Shown here: positions 52,129 to 63,952 of the stretch, in pieces
Layout of the letters: each line of letters starts with the position of its first letter
How positions within the stretch are numbered: the stretch's first letter is position 1
DNA from: Corallochytrium limacisporum Hawaii
Lineage: Eukaryota; Protista; Pluriformea
Length of the DNA: 64,000 bases
Reading direction: 5' to 3'
NCBI GenBank assembly: GCA_002811645.1
Contig: PDIP01000014.1
Location: 121,633 to 185,632, forward strand
Notes under the pieces: generated by a model
What the model was told of the DNA's origin: nothing
The model's input: only the letters and a program-made list of their open reading frames with translations
Database searches by the model: none
Made by a program: the position numbers and the translations under genes

Positions 52129-52530
52129 ATGGATCTGCTATCAAAGATCTGCGCCTTGCATCTGGGTGCCACATTGGCAACAGATCTGGATGCTCGGACC
52201 AAATTTTTTGCACCCACAGTGCCAAAGCCTCAGCTTTTTGATGTGGGTCGAACGGTATTTTCGTACTATGGCCCTGTTGACTTCGGCTTGGCCGTAGGAG
52301 AACTTGCTCTCGTGCAGTCCGCTTCGATTGCAGTTCCGAGATCTTTCTACTTGTTGCCATTGTGTGCCTGTGCTCAATACTTATGGCTGAATCCAATTTT
52401 GCGGGCAAGGGCCACAGAGCTGGTTGAAGGGAAGAAAACATCAGAGATCGGTGGCAATCATGTCCACCACTACTACATGGCGTTTGAGCTCCTAAAAATC
52501 GGACTCCTCGCAAGATTTGCCTTCTTCTAA
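52129..52530 (+). CDS. Small four-helix membrane protein, DUF4149/TMEM205-like
   Basis: ARTKFFAPTV...LFDVGRTVF...QYLWLNPILRARA...HHYYMAFELLKIGLL resembles the KF.AP....L..GR.VF...Q..WL.P.L..RA...H..Y...E..K pattern of this family. Purine at -3; tightly convergent with the proteasome gene. Confidence 0.65.
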   Translation: MDLLSKICALHLGATLATDLDARTKFFAPTVPKPQLFDVGRTVFSYYGPVDFGLAVGELALVQSASIAVPRSFYLLPLCACAQYLWLNPILRARATELVEGKKTSEIGGNHVHHYYMAFELLKIGLLARFAFF

Positions 52531-52621
52531 GGCCGAAGTTCGTATGGATTTCGAGGTTTGCATGATGTCGATTAAATAGTTATGTGCTTAGTATCTATTG
52601 GGAACAACTCGTTTGCTACAT

Positions 52622-53374
52622 TTACTTGCTGGCCTCTGCAGCTTTCTCCTCTTCTTTGGCCTGGTCAAGCATTTCTTGCACCCTCTTCTCGCTTAGCATC
52701 TCAAAGGTGCACTTTTCGTCCTTGCGAGTCAGCGTTGCAAACTCAAGTTTCTCTGCTGACAGGCTGGTACTATCCATAGTCTTCCTGAGGACTTTAATTG
52801 TCAGCTTCAGAGCGTCCTCCAGAGAGCAGTCTTCCTTGTATTCCGCCTTCAGAATGGACTGAGCTGCCTGTCCGTTGACACCAATGCAAGTGGCACCCCA
52901 GCCACCATAGTTTCCGGAAGGATCTGACTGGTACAGCTGGTAACCATAGTGTCTATCCCAACCAGCATACAAGAATGAAACACCAAACGGGCGAAGCCCG
53001 CCAAACTGTGTGTAGCCTTGCTTCAAATCACAGATGCGCTGGACTAATTGCTCCGCCGGCATCGGCTCATTGTATGCCAGAAGGTACTGCTGAGCAATAA
53101 CACGGCAGCGACGGATCAGAATGTTGGCATCTGCAGTAATACCGGCAACAGACAAAGCCATGGAATCGCTGACCTTATAGATCTTTTCCGCTAGAGACCA
53201 CTGCTCCAACATCTTGGAAGTAATCTTCTTTTCTGCTGCTAGAACAATACCGTCCTTCGAGAGAACACCGATGCAGGTACCGGCATGAGAGATAGCCTCC
53301 ATGGCGTACTCTACCTGGTAAAGGCGCCCCTCGGGCGAGAAAATAGTTGTCCGTGAATCGTAGCGGTTCGCCAT
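52622..53374 (-). CDS. PSMA4: 20S proteasome subunit alpha-3 (alpha type-4)
   Basis: [75 protein letters not shown]. Confidence 0.97.
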   Translation of the reverse strand: MANRYDSRTTIFSPEGRLYQVEYAMEAISHAGTCIGVLSKDGIVLAAEKKITSKMLEQWSLAEKIYKVSDSMALSVAGITADANILIRRCRVIAQQYLLAYNEPMPAEQLVQRICDLKQGYTQFGGLRPFGVSFLYAGWDRHYGYQLYQSDPSGNYGGWGATCIGVNGQAAQSILKAEYKEDCSLEDALKLTIKVLRKTMDSTSLSAEKLEFATLTRKDEKCTFEMLSEKRVQEMLDQAKEEEKAAEASK

Positions 53375-56300
53375 GTCGAAGATTTACCCGGGGAAAGTTC
53401 TTGATGAAAGTTGATTTTCGATAGTGAAATAGAAACTGGTCTAGTCCGAAATACCTGCAAACCAGATAACGGAGAAATCTAGTTCCGCCTCCAAACCGTT
53501 GAGATGGTGCAATGTCACCGGTCTAAACAGCCGATGATGATAGTGCCAAACATGCTACTGGAACCGTGCTCTCCCGTCTGTCGTTCCGCCTCAAGGTCCC
53601 TACAGGCACCAGGCTTCGCTAGGGCGCCAATGTTTTCGCTTTCAGTGCGCGCACAGACCGTAACGGAAAAGCCAATACTTCCCTCCCAGTGTTCACGTTG
53701 GCGATCAGCAGTCTCATAGTCAAACTACCCCATCAGTGCCTTTGACGTGGCTGTTTTTCCGCACATTTTGCATACACATAACACCGTAACAGCATTCGGC
53801 AAAGGGGTAGAAGGTGGCGTCCATACTCCCTTCACGAAGAAGCCGAAAACTTCGTTAAAATTGAGATTTTTATATACGGACTTTTATTTTAAATTCACAT
53901 GAGCCACATGAGGGGAAAGGGACAGGGCGAGACGGGAGGTGAGGGCCTTGTCAATACCGGACAGGAGGTAGTCACAATGTAACCGACCGTGATTGCGAAG
54001 TGTGACGTTGTGAGTCAGGATATCACATCAGTATTTACATGGCTCAGAGAACACAGAAACTAGCAACTGAAGAATGTAAGTAATAATAGAGGCTTTGGAT
54101 ACCATTTCCATCGAGTGGTGGATGCGGCAAGCCATCACAATTGAATATCTGTATATTAGTTCTGGAGTGAAAGTTCCGCCCGCGGAACAGACAAGGTGTG
54201 GGCGTTTAGTCGATAACGTTAATTTCGGCCTATTCTCAGTTGACTGATTCACAGCAGCGGCCATGCCATGCCCCGCGAGATGAGCTGAGTATCGCTGGAT
54301 TCCATGCTCTGTACACTGGTCTGCCTAGGCAGCGAAGGGTGTTCCTCAGGAGCGGTTGACGTTCGTCGAGATTTATTTGACCGGCGATATGTTTGGGGCA
54401 TGCAAAGCCCAGGGAATGCAATATCTCCACCAGGAATTTCAAGATCCATTGTGATGAGTGTGTATATATTTCTATCGTGTCGCGTAGCGCAGCGTCACTA
54501 GTCACTTTTTCTTCTACCAACCTGATCAGATCGCTTCAAGGTCCCAAATACCTGTGTCAGCCTTTGTCATCATCACGCAGTAGTCACCGCAACAATTCCC
54601 CAAACACTGGTTCCTAAACATCCATTCCGAGGTGATTGTTCCCTTCTGATGCCGGCCTCTGTTCAACAGCACCGTTGTCGAGCAGTTCCGCGCGGGTTTT
54701 TCCCCTTGAGGGGCTTGGATGTGTGTGTGTGATGGTGGGGACGGGTAGTGGTAGTTTGGGGAGAGTGAGTGTAAATAAAAAGATAAAACTCTGAGTGAGT
54801 TGCCAGCGGATTAGTTCATCAGCGTGTGTGTGTGGCTGTGTGTGTGAGTGCCCAGATCCGACGGTTGTGTGTATTTTTCTCATGTTTTGGCCCCTTTTTT
54901 GGGGTCCATCCTTTCAACACTCTGGCCGATCTGCTGTCCAAACTATTTCCTTTTTCTCCTCTTTCCGCATAGAGAGGAGCTGAACCATCAGAAAAGAATT
55001 CACACAATACAACCCGCCTCTCTCGCTGTGTTCCATGAAGAGAAAAAAAAATACTTTACGAAGAAGTCCTTTGCGTATGGCGACATTGATTGGTGCAGAA
55101 ATCGAAGAACGAGACCAGATGGAAATCGACCACACACGCACACACACACACACACACATCCCTCTCCCCTATCATTCAGGGCTCGCGAGCAGGTGTGACA
55201 TGTGCTCGATCGGGAAATCTTCTCCACCAAGCTCGTATAATGAAACAGTGAGAATGGAGGATGTTGTTGCGCCGGACGGGTCGAAACGACGCAAGCGCCA
55301 GTCAAGGGACCAAGAGCAGGAGCGCCCTCCGCCCGTGTCTCGTGCTCGTGGCGCGCGGGCTTCATACGTAGACAGTAGTAAAATTCGGAGAATTGCCCGA
55401 GGCGCGTGGTGTTGAACTGCAAAGGGAGCAAAGGGAGCAAACGGAGTACTGCGTTCGGGGCACCCGGGAAATCGCCCAGGCTACTCGCAGCTCTGCAGGC
55501 TGAGCTGCAAAGTAGTATACATTTAGTACCGGTACGATCGGGTACCGGCGACCACGTTTGCCAGGGACGTTTGTTGCGAGGGGACGTCGCCGGTGGAATG
55601 TTTAGAAACGCTGGCGTCGCTCCGGGAAGGGATTCATTATGCGCGACAGGTAGTGTAGGCTAAAGTTGAACACTTTAAATACTAAATGTGCTTACAAAAT
55701 AGAAATAAAGTCATATCTATGGAGACAGAAGGAGTGGTTAGCGCCATATATACAATAGACATTCAGAAATATGTACAAAGTATGTCAACGAAGCCTATAT
55801 TTTACATATGTAAACACGACTCTTGGCATAAATGAGACCTATCCTTTCGGTCTTCATTAGGGCGCGAAGTGTGGCGTCACAGAACCGATGGTACGTTGAT
55901 TGGCAGAAGGAAACTGCGACGGCACCATAGATTAGTCAACCCGAATGCTACAACTGATAAACAACGACAGTTGTATTTACCTCTGCACAGATTGAAGATG
56001 TACTACGAGACATATGCAACTGATTCAACATCTCACTGGCGTGAACGAGGATTACGAAGACTCGTGCCAGGCATGATTCAATGACGTGACATATCACTTT
56101 ACCCGTTCAGATCTTCCGTTATTACCAATAGGCGAATTTAAATGAATTACAATTGAGAAAATTTTCGAAAATTCTCATACCACTATCTACATATGAAAAA
56201 AAGGTTAGGGGGGTCCTTTGCCGCTGATCGGAGACAACGCTTCTCTTCATGCTCTGGTAATGGCATGTACTTTTCAGGAAACTGCTGTGGCCAACTAATT

Positions 56301-57685
56301 GCTGTTAGCGGAAGGCGCTGTGCCATATGCTGGGTAAGCGGACGTCCGATGGTTTTACTGTTTCAGCAGAAAAAAGTTGTATACGGAGAGCGTACTCCTA
56401 GCAATACTATCTATTTTCAACAAAAAGACCTGGTCTCCGGGGAATGGCCGGTGTGTAAATGCCACATTGCACCGCTTAAAAGCACACAGATGAAATAAAA
56501 AACAAAAAAAAAACAGGCAGTGGACAGAAGAAAGCAGTCGAAAACAAAGAAGGACATTGTGGTGTTGGTGGGCAGAGAACGCCACACCAAGAACCGCACA
56601 AATGTCGCCATTTCGTTTCTATGGTCGATGTCATTATTGATCAATTGGAAGGGTTAAAGAACCAGTGTTTTTGGAGACGGGGGTGGACGACGGGAGTCAA
56701 TTATTGCGGGGCATTGGGGGTGGGGGTACCTCGCATGGTTGCCCCGCCGTTAAGTTTCCCGGGTCTTTTCGATGCCTTTCAGTTCACTTTGTCTATATGT
56801 TCACTACTAATGATACACGGTAAGCTCTTACTGTCTGGACTCTACCCACTGTCTCCACCTTCCCACCCTTTGAAATCACAGCAACAGGGATCACCGGAAC
56901 AACTCTCCGCGCCTCACGGCGGGACATATATTAGCTATGAGGATAGTGATACCTTTCGGCACCGTATTTCTCGGAAACTGTTGGACCATTGGACAACAAG
57001 CCTTCAGCAACGAAGAAAAATATTCTTTTGCGCACACTGGCACACAGTGGGACCGTTTGACCGGGCTGCGGACCCCCTCTCTCTGCCCGATAGCCACAAG
57101 GAGGTATAGCACCACCGCCCGCGCAGGGCTTTGATTGGCCCGCGAAGTGGATCGGGCCACTTACTATGGAACTACGGTCACCTCAGTCAGCACCAGTGGC
57201 TTGGGGCCTGTGCGTGCTTTGATGGGGTCACCTCAAGAACATCTCGATGCTACGAGCCGCGCGCTCAATATATACACAAGCCAACAATGGACCACTGTGG
57301 GGCCTTGACTGGTGCACAGCAGCAGCAGGTGGCTTGAGACCTGGGAGAGTAGGGTGCGTGTACCAGGAACCCTATTAACACCTTCAGTGCGACATTTGTT
57401 GATTTCGCTTTTTCCCGCTGAGTGGCCCGCAAGTGTGTGGTGGTTTGGTAATGCGCGCGGGGAGAGGACAGTTAATGGTGAAATAATGATATACTGACGG
57501 TTTTAATTTTGTTCAACAAGGGGTTCAGTAAGGGGTTCAGTTTAATTTCTTAATCGATTGCTTCACGAGGGGAGCTGTCTGATAATTTTCTCCACACACA
57601 CAGGAAGCTCGTCCTCGGCTTTGACGACCTGGCGTGGATGACATGACTCAATGACTTCCCACATAACTCTTTGATACTAGAAGAT

Positions 57686-58642
57686 TTATGAATACAACTT
57701 AATAAGCTCATCACTGACTGCACTAGGTGTCAAGACACCAATGTCAGTGAACAAGAGGGTGATGAGATCAGGCGGTGTGTAGTCCAGCATGGGATGATTG
57801 ACTTCAACGTCGGTTGGCACCTCCAATCCATTCGCCTGATACTCAGCAAGGATATCTTCTCGGCGGCGCTTCGGTTCGGTAATGTCGTCTTGAGTCAGGG
57901 GGAACATGCGCACAAACTTGAATGATTCCGCTGCCACATAGAAGGGCTTGTTGTAGGCCTTTGCGATGTGTGCTATTGAGTTTGTCCCAACCCGATTGAT
58001 GATTCCTCCGTTTTCCACCACTCCTTCTGCTCCAACCACTACAAGATCAACCTTTTGCATCATACATCCCACAGCTGCGTCAAGAATTATGGTCACAGGG
58101 ATGCCAGCCTTGGACAAGTCCTTAGCCATCGATAAACCTACGAAATCAGGTCGGGCCTCAGTGATGTACACCTCAAACCGTCGATTGTCTTTCGCAGCCG
58201 ACGTCAGTAGAGTTAGCACCATTCTGGACCGGGAGTGCACCAAGATTTTGGCTCCATCCCGGATAAATGGTACGGCCATTTTTGCAACCTTCTTGCGCGC
58301 ATTCTTTGCCTTGGTCATGAAAACTTCTCCGCGTTGCTCCAAGGCCCTGCGGTACTGTTCAAAACTCTGCTCGTGGCCCATTCGGGTAACGAAGCGCACG
58401 AAAAGTTCGGACGCTGAAGTGAGCGACATACTCATGTCTTCCCCTGTTGCTGAACGTAAATCTTGCACAGCATCCTTGATTTCCTTACGAAGTTCCATAA
58501 CTGTTGTGGCCGACGTGTTCCTAATCACATCTACCAGTACCTTAATACAGATTACCGCAATGTTATTATCATCCTCATCAGATGACACAAGGTTCTTGAA
58601 GGCTCCAATGGAGTCGTACCGCTTTCCCAGTTGGTCACTCAT
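57686..58642 (-). CDS. EIF2B1: Translation initiation factor eIF2B subunit alpha
   Basis: SLTSASELFVRFVT, FIRDGAKILVHSRSR, VYITEARP, VVVGAEGVVENGGIIN, AAESFKFVRMFPL, DYTPP, TPSAVSDELIKLY. Start placed at the ATG at 58642. Confidence 0.96.
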   Translation of the reverse strand: MSDQLGKRYDSIGAFKNLVSSDEDDNNIAVICIKVLVDVIRNTSATTVMELRKEIKDAVQDLRSATGEDMSMSLTSASELFVRFVTRMGHEQSFEQYRRALEQRGEVFMTKAKNARKKVAKMAVPFIRDGAKILVHSRSRMVLTLLTSAAKDNRRFEVYITEARPDFVGLSMAKDLSKAGIPVTIILDAAVGCMMQKVDLVVVGAEGVVENGGIINRVGTNSIAHIAKAYNKPFYVAAESFKFVRMFPLTQDDITEPKRRREDILAEYQANGLEVPTDVEVNHPMLDYTPPDLITLLFTDIGVLTPSAVSDELIKLYS

Positions 58643-59210
58643 GTTTGTCAACTCTATCTGACTATTGCTTCCCTATACCAACACCGTCAGCCGACCTGCA
58701 TACTTCAACAGTACTACTCTCGAAGAATATGCCACACCGATCAATAATGGGATACCGCCTGAGCCACTGGTGATGTGGCGAAAGAAATACCAGAGGACTC
58801 TTCACATATGTCTGTTTACCGTATTGTTGGTACTTTAGTGGTGCGGGGTTCTGTGCCAATATCACTCGCTTCAGCGGGAGTTCCCAAAACTAACCGGAAT
58901 CGAACAGTCATTTGCGTGGGTGTTACCAGGTGGGCCGGGAGAGAGGGTAGGCATCGGGGCCTGTTTTCTAGTACTGCGCGCGGCCCCATTTCCCTGCTCT
59001 GGGGTGGTGAGGTATCCCGTGCTTGTATACACAGAGGTCCTATCGTTGCGGTGAGTCCTGGTGTGTCTTCTGGAGCTTTGTAGGCACAAGAAGCCGACAG
59101 GTTGTCGTATGTAGGTACTTGACAAACATTGGCACGCTCGTCTGTCCTTCGATCCGCTGATGTATTGCGTAGGATCTAGTAGAACGAGTGAATAGACAAA
59201 ATAGAACAAC

Positions 59211-62200
59211 ATGTCGTTGCGAGTAACCCACTCGCAGGAGTTGGAGGACTACGGAGTCCATGTAAGGAAGCTGGAAAGCAGCGAAACCGGCCTGCAAGTC
59301 TGTCTCGTGGACACAAAGGATTTGACCTCTGGTGTTGTGAATGGCTTTTTCGTATTGGCGACCGAAGCCCACGATGATTTTGGGCTGCCCCACACACTTG
59401 AGCATCTTGTTTTCCTGGGGAGCGAGAAGTATCCGTATAAAGGTGTTCTGGATTCACTGGCGAATTTGGCACTTGCGCAGGGTACTAATGCATGGACAGA
59501 TGTTGATCACACTGCATACACATTGACCACTGCCGGCAGTGAGGGGTTCCTGCGAATGTTGCCCATCTATCTAGATCACATTCTGTACCCCACTCTCACC
59601 GACTCGGGCTTTGTGACCGAAGTTCATCATGTCAACGGCGATGGTCAAAACAGTGGCGTTGTCTACGCTGAGATGCAGGCCCGTGAAAACACCGAATTTA
59701 GTCTCACGTACCGTAGGTTGATGCAGAAATTGTATGAGGGTACGGGATACGCCAGTGAGACGGGAGGCATTATGGCGGATATTAGGCGAATGAACAACCA
59801 ACAGATAAGGGACTACCATAAGTCATTCTATCGCCCTGACAACCTTTGTGTAATCATCACGGGTGCCATTGACATGGACAAGACAGTTGTGGCCCTGGAG
59901 GACATCGATCGGTCGATCGCGGCCAAGGGTTCCTTGCCACCGATGCCCACCAAGCCTTGGAGTTCCGACGTGGGCAGGCTGAAGCAGACCATTTCCGAAT
60001 TGGTAGTTTTTCCTGCGGATGACGAGCGGTCTGGGACTCTGTGGCTGTCTTGGCACGGACCAGAGTTCAGAGATCGCCTCAACTATATGGCCATGGATAT
60101 GATATGGGAATATCTGACTGACACCGCGGTAGCCCCGTTGCAGAAGAAGTTCCTCAAGTGCGAGAATCCGCTGGCCGCCGACATTCAGACACACATTGCG
60201 GAGAATAGCCTTACAGCCATGATGGTCGTTTTCAAGGATGTCGTCAAGGACCGATTGGATGGTGCAGAACGAGAAATTGTTGAGTACCTGGCCACTGCTC
60301 TTGATGAAGCTTTCGACCTTGATCGCATGCACGACATGATCAAAAAGAGAATCCAGAAGGAACTTGCGGAGGTTGAGGCAGATCCTGGTGAGAAATATGC
60401 CATGGAAATGATTAGCGATTTCCTATACGGTAGAGGAGATGAAGCTGTTTTGCATAGCATTCTGTGTCCCACCGAGAACATGACACGATTGCTGAACTGG
60501 AGTGCGGATGACTGGCGTGACTTCTACAAGCAGTGGTTCATAAGCAAACCTCACATATGTGTTCGTGGCAGTCCGTCTGTGGAATTTTCGAAGAAACTCA
60601 ATAAGGAAGAAGAAGAGCGCATCGAAAGGCAGAAGGTTGAGCTTGGCGAGGACGGCCTGAAAAAGAAAGCGTCGGAACTGGAAGCCGCTGAGGAAGCGAA
60701 TGATGTTGACGTCCCTGACGAGATCATGAAATCCTTCCAGACCCCGGGAACGGACGGAATCGCATTCATTCCTATCACTACATATCAGAACACAACACCT
60801 GTGAAGGAAGCCAATGGAGACAACAATGCAACGTCTTTAATTTTACGCAAGGAAGACGATGATATCGTGTCACGCCCTCTTCCTTTCTTCCTTCAGTTTG
60901 ATAGTGTGAAGAGCAAATTTGCCACTGTGGTTGCGTTCATTGAAACCAAGGACTTGAATGAAGAGGAGCGTATGATGCTTGAATTGTACCTGGAGGCCAT
61001 GTTCGAAACTCCAATTGAACGTGATGGTGCTCTTATTGATGCGGACACTGTCGTCAAGGAGATCAATCGTGACATTGTATCGCACTCCAATGGCATTGGG
61101 GTTGCGGGTGGTAGCCAGTCGTTCTCAACTGGCAGATTCGCCTCCTTGGTCACAATTCGTCTTAAAGTGGAGGAAGAGAAATACTCGCTGGGAGTCCGGT
61201 GGATGCATGAGATTCTGAACTGCGCCGTGTACGATACCAAGCGGCTCAATATTGCTGCGCAGCAGCTCCTTAAGGAGGCAAACTCTGCTCAGCGTGAGGC
61301 GTCCAAGATGGCGCGTGCCCTATTGAGTGAAGTCAGTTATGGATCAGACTCGACCAAACTGAACACAGCGGCCACCAACGTTGTCAGGCAATTCCGCTTC
61401 TTGACTAAAGTGGTAGCGGATCTGGAGATGGATGGTGCTAAAATGGAGGAGAAGTTCAGGACCTTCTTACAGAAGGTGACCGCGACCGAGAATCTTGCAT
61501 TCCAGGTTGTGGCCAACCTTGAAACGCTGAAAGAACCGCTCACCACCTGGCACAAAGTCTTTGGTGCTGCTGACGATGAGGGCGTTGGCCCGAAGCCGAT
61601 CGATACGGTCCTGTATCGCCGTGATCCGAATCCCGCATGCCTATCGGAAGGCATGAAGGGTGCGGTCATTGGCCTTGGGTCTACGGAATCAAGTTATCTG
61701 TTCGTAACCGGTAACGGCCCGTCTTCCTTCGATGACCCCGACGTACCAGCCTTGAAGGTATTGACGGAAGTCCTGGATGCCATGGAGGGTGTTTTCTGGC
61801 GCTCTATCAGAGGCAAAGGTCTATCATATGGCCACGGCTTCAGCGTCAACCCCGAAAGCGGCAACATCACCTACATGTTGTACCGCAGTACAAACTTGAA
61901 GGGCGCCTTCAAGGAGTCTCTCAGCATCATCAAGCAGTTAGCTGAGGACGAGGAGTTCCGGGACAATGTCTTTGATGAAGACGGTCTAAGGGGTGCAATC
62001 TCGACACGTATATACCAGATTGTTCAATCCGAGGATACCATGGCGGCAGCGGCGATCAATTCCTTCATGAAACTTAACCTAACCAAGCTGGGTCCTGATG
62101 CCACAATCAAAAACTTGCAGGCCACCCAACGGGTGACCTTGGATGACCTTCTGGCCATGTTCAACAAGTATATCCAGCCCATGTTCGAATGGAATGATGC

Positions 62201-62318
62201 CACACGAGTCAGCGTAACCACCGGCAAAGCAAAAGTCAACGAAGTGGTCAAGATGTTCAGGGAAGATTTTGGTCTATCCCTGATGGGTGTCGAAGATCCC
62301 GACACGTTCTTTGTCTGA
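59211..62318 (+). CDS. M16 (insulinase/pitrilysin family) zinc metallopeptidase, presequence-protease-related (yeast YOL098C/Sdd3-like)
   Basis: GLPHTLEHLVFLGSEKYPYKGVLD (HxxEH), GTNAWTDVDHTAYT, EVHHV.G.G...GVVYAEMQARE, SETGG, YRPDNL, WRSIRGKGLSYG. Confidence 0.93.
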   Translation: MSLRVTHSQELEDYGVHVRKLESSETGLQVCLVDTKDLTSGVVNGFFVLATEAHDDFGLPHTLEHLVFLGSEKYPYKGVLDSLANLALAQGTNAWTDVDHTAYTLTTAGSEGFLRMLPIYLDHILYPTLTDSGFVTEVHHVNGDGQNSGVVYAEMQARENTEFSLTYRRLMQKLYEGTGYASETGGIMADIRRMNNQQIRDYHKSFYRPDNLCVIITGAIDMDKTVVALEDIDRSIAAKGSLPPMPTKPWSSDVGRLKQTISELVVFPADDERSGTLWLSWHGPEFRDRLNYMAMDMIWEYLTDTAVAPLQKKFLKCENPLAADIQTHIAENSLTAMMVVFKDVVKDRLDGAEREIVEYLATALDEAFDLDRMHDMIKKRIQKELAEVEADPGEKYAMEMISDFLYGRGDEAVLHSILCPTENMTRLLNWSADDWRDFYKQWFISKPHICVRGSPSVEFSKKLNKEEEERIERQKVELGEDGLKKKASELEAAEEANDVDVPDEIMKSFQTPGTDGIAFIPITTYQNTTPVKEANGDNNATSLILRKEDDDIVSRPLPFFLQFDSVKSKFATVVAFIETKDLNEEERMMLELYLEAMFETPIERDGALIDADTVVKEINRDIVSHSNGIGVAGGSQSFSTGRFASLVTIRLKVEEEKYSLGVRWMHEILNCAVYDTKRLNIAAQQLLKEANSAQREASKMARALLSEVSYGSDSTKLNTAATNVVRQFRFLTKVVADLEMDGAKMEEKFRTFLQKVTATENLAFQVVANLETLKEPLTTWHKVFGAADDEGVGPKPIDTVLYRRDPNPACLSEGMKGAVIGLGSTESSYLFVTGNGPSSFDDPDVPALKVLTEVLDAMEGVFWRSIRGKGLSYGHGFSVNPESGNITYMLYRSTNLKGAFKESLSIIKQLAEDEEFRDNVFDEDGLRGAISTRIYQIVQSEDTMAAAAINSFMKLNLTKLGPDATIKNLQATQRVTLDDLLAMFNKYIQPMFEWNDATRVSVTTGKAKVNEVVKMFREDFGLSLMGVEDPDTFFV

Positions 62319-63868
62319 AGTGTATATTGTACATCATGCCCGACGTCGCGACCACTACAATTGATGGTTGTTCTCGCAATTGAAGCCAAAATAGAAAATT
62401 CGTTGACTCCGATCCTTCCTTGATCATTTATCACGAACGTACTGCAGTATGGATCCCGCATTGTTTCACCGTCGCAGCACTCTGGCCACAACGAAGGGCG
62501 AAACGAGACTTGAACCCCAGCCTCCTTCTCCCCAACTCTCCCTCCCTCCGGCACTCTCCCACCAACCGATCTAACTCCCTTTCCTTCGGTACTCCGACAA
62601 CCGGATCTTTGCCGCTCAGACCTGTCTGCAGTTCCATTAATCACAAGGGGGGGCGGCCCTGCCACCGCTGTCGGCAGATGTGAGAACGGTTTTGAAACAT
62701 TTTCCGAAAGGGCGCCCCCTCCCCCCTCCCACCACCCTCCCCCAATTATTTCCTGTAGCCCTCTGGGCCGCAGCTTGCTGTTGCTGGACAGTTTCAAAAG
62801 CCGAGAGAAAGAACGGGAAGAAAAATTGTTTGATCCCGCGAAACAAGAAAAAAACCCTCATAAAAATCTAAAAATGCCGCCACCGCCACGGAAGGAGAGA
62901 GATCCAATTTTTCCACCATCGCTAAGGACGCAGAGAACCAATTTTCCTGCCCCGACAGTGGGGCCAAGAGAGTGAAAAGTTTTTTGCAGCCGCCGACTTT
63001 GAAACATTTTGGCCGGCTGTTTGAAGTCTTGCGAGTGTGTGCTGTGGAGGTGTGCTCTTGCGGTACCAGTAACACCTCGCGGTCTCGCCGGTGGGCCGAC
63101 CACCCCGAGATCGAAACGGGGGAGCTTGGTTGTGCCAACCGAGGGAGCAGAAAGTCATATTCATTCATCACGAAACAAACTCGGCGTGGCTTTGGGCAGC
63201 TGACGTATGGGAAATAACAATTAAAACTCCGAGCATCCCTCCGCACACCACCAACCCCTCCATTCCTTCACGCCCCGCTCCGCGCGTCCGAGAGAACAAA
63301 AACTTCCGCGGGACAGCGCGCACACACACGTCGTGAAAGGGAAACTCTCACTCTTAGTCTCCCGGTCACAGTACTTAGTGAATGAGGATAGGCCGAACAC
63401 AAACAAGCAACCCGCCCCGTCTGCTGCGATTGTAAGGGGCGGCCCGACAGCTGCCGTGGTGGATGGGGTACTTTTTCCATTATGTAAGAGGTGTGTCCAG
63501 ATCTGAAGTATTGGCACATTCTTTTATGTATTTAGTATTGCAGACCAAAGCGGCTTTTTCATGGTGGCAAGAGCACCTTATCAACCAGTGCGCATGGCTA
63601 TGCCTAAGTCATTGCATTCCTTACTCGTCGCCAGAGAAGGTTCCATCTCGGACATTTGCCAACGATGTGCCCAGGAGACATATATCTGTCAAAATCTGTT
63701 AAATCTCTGCGATATGAAACAGATGTGATTAGCGTAGATGTGGGCATAGGACCAACAGCCTCGACGTTGTGCCTGTGTGACCTTTCGCCTTCGCCGTTCG
63801 CTGGTGATGTCACATGGACCACTGTTTCTCCCTCTCGGGGGCGGTCTTCTCCCATTTTTTTCTTATGT

Positions 63869-63872
<4 letters not shown>

Positions 63873-63915
<43 letters not shown>

Positions 63916-63952
63916 CTCTCTCTCTGTGTCTGCCCCTCTCTCTCTCTCTCTC
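63873..63952. repeat. (CT)n microsatellite, interrupted
   Basis: About 18 perfect CT units followed by interrupted CT/GT tracts. Confidence 0.9.

Noticed and set aside
54445-54580. Box C/D snoRNA-like GTGATGA...CTGA pairs on both strands
   Set aside because: No recognisable rRNA or snRNA guide complementarity and weak terminal stems; such motifs are expected by chance.
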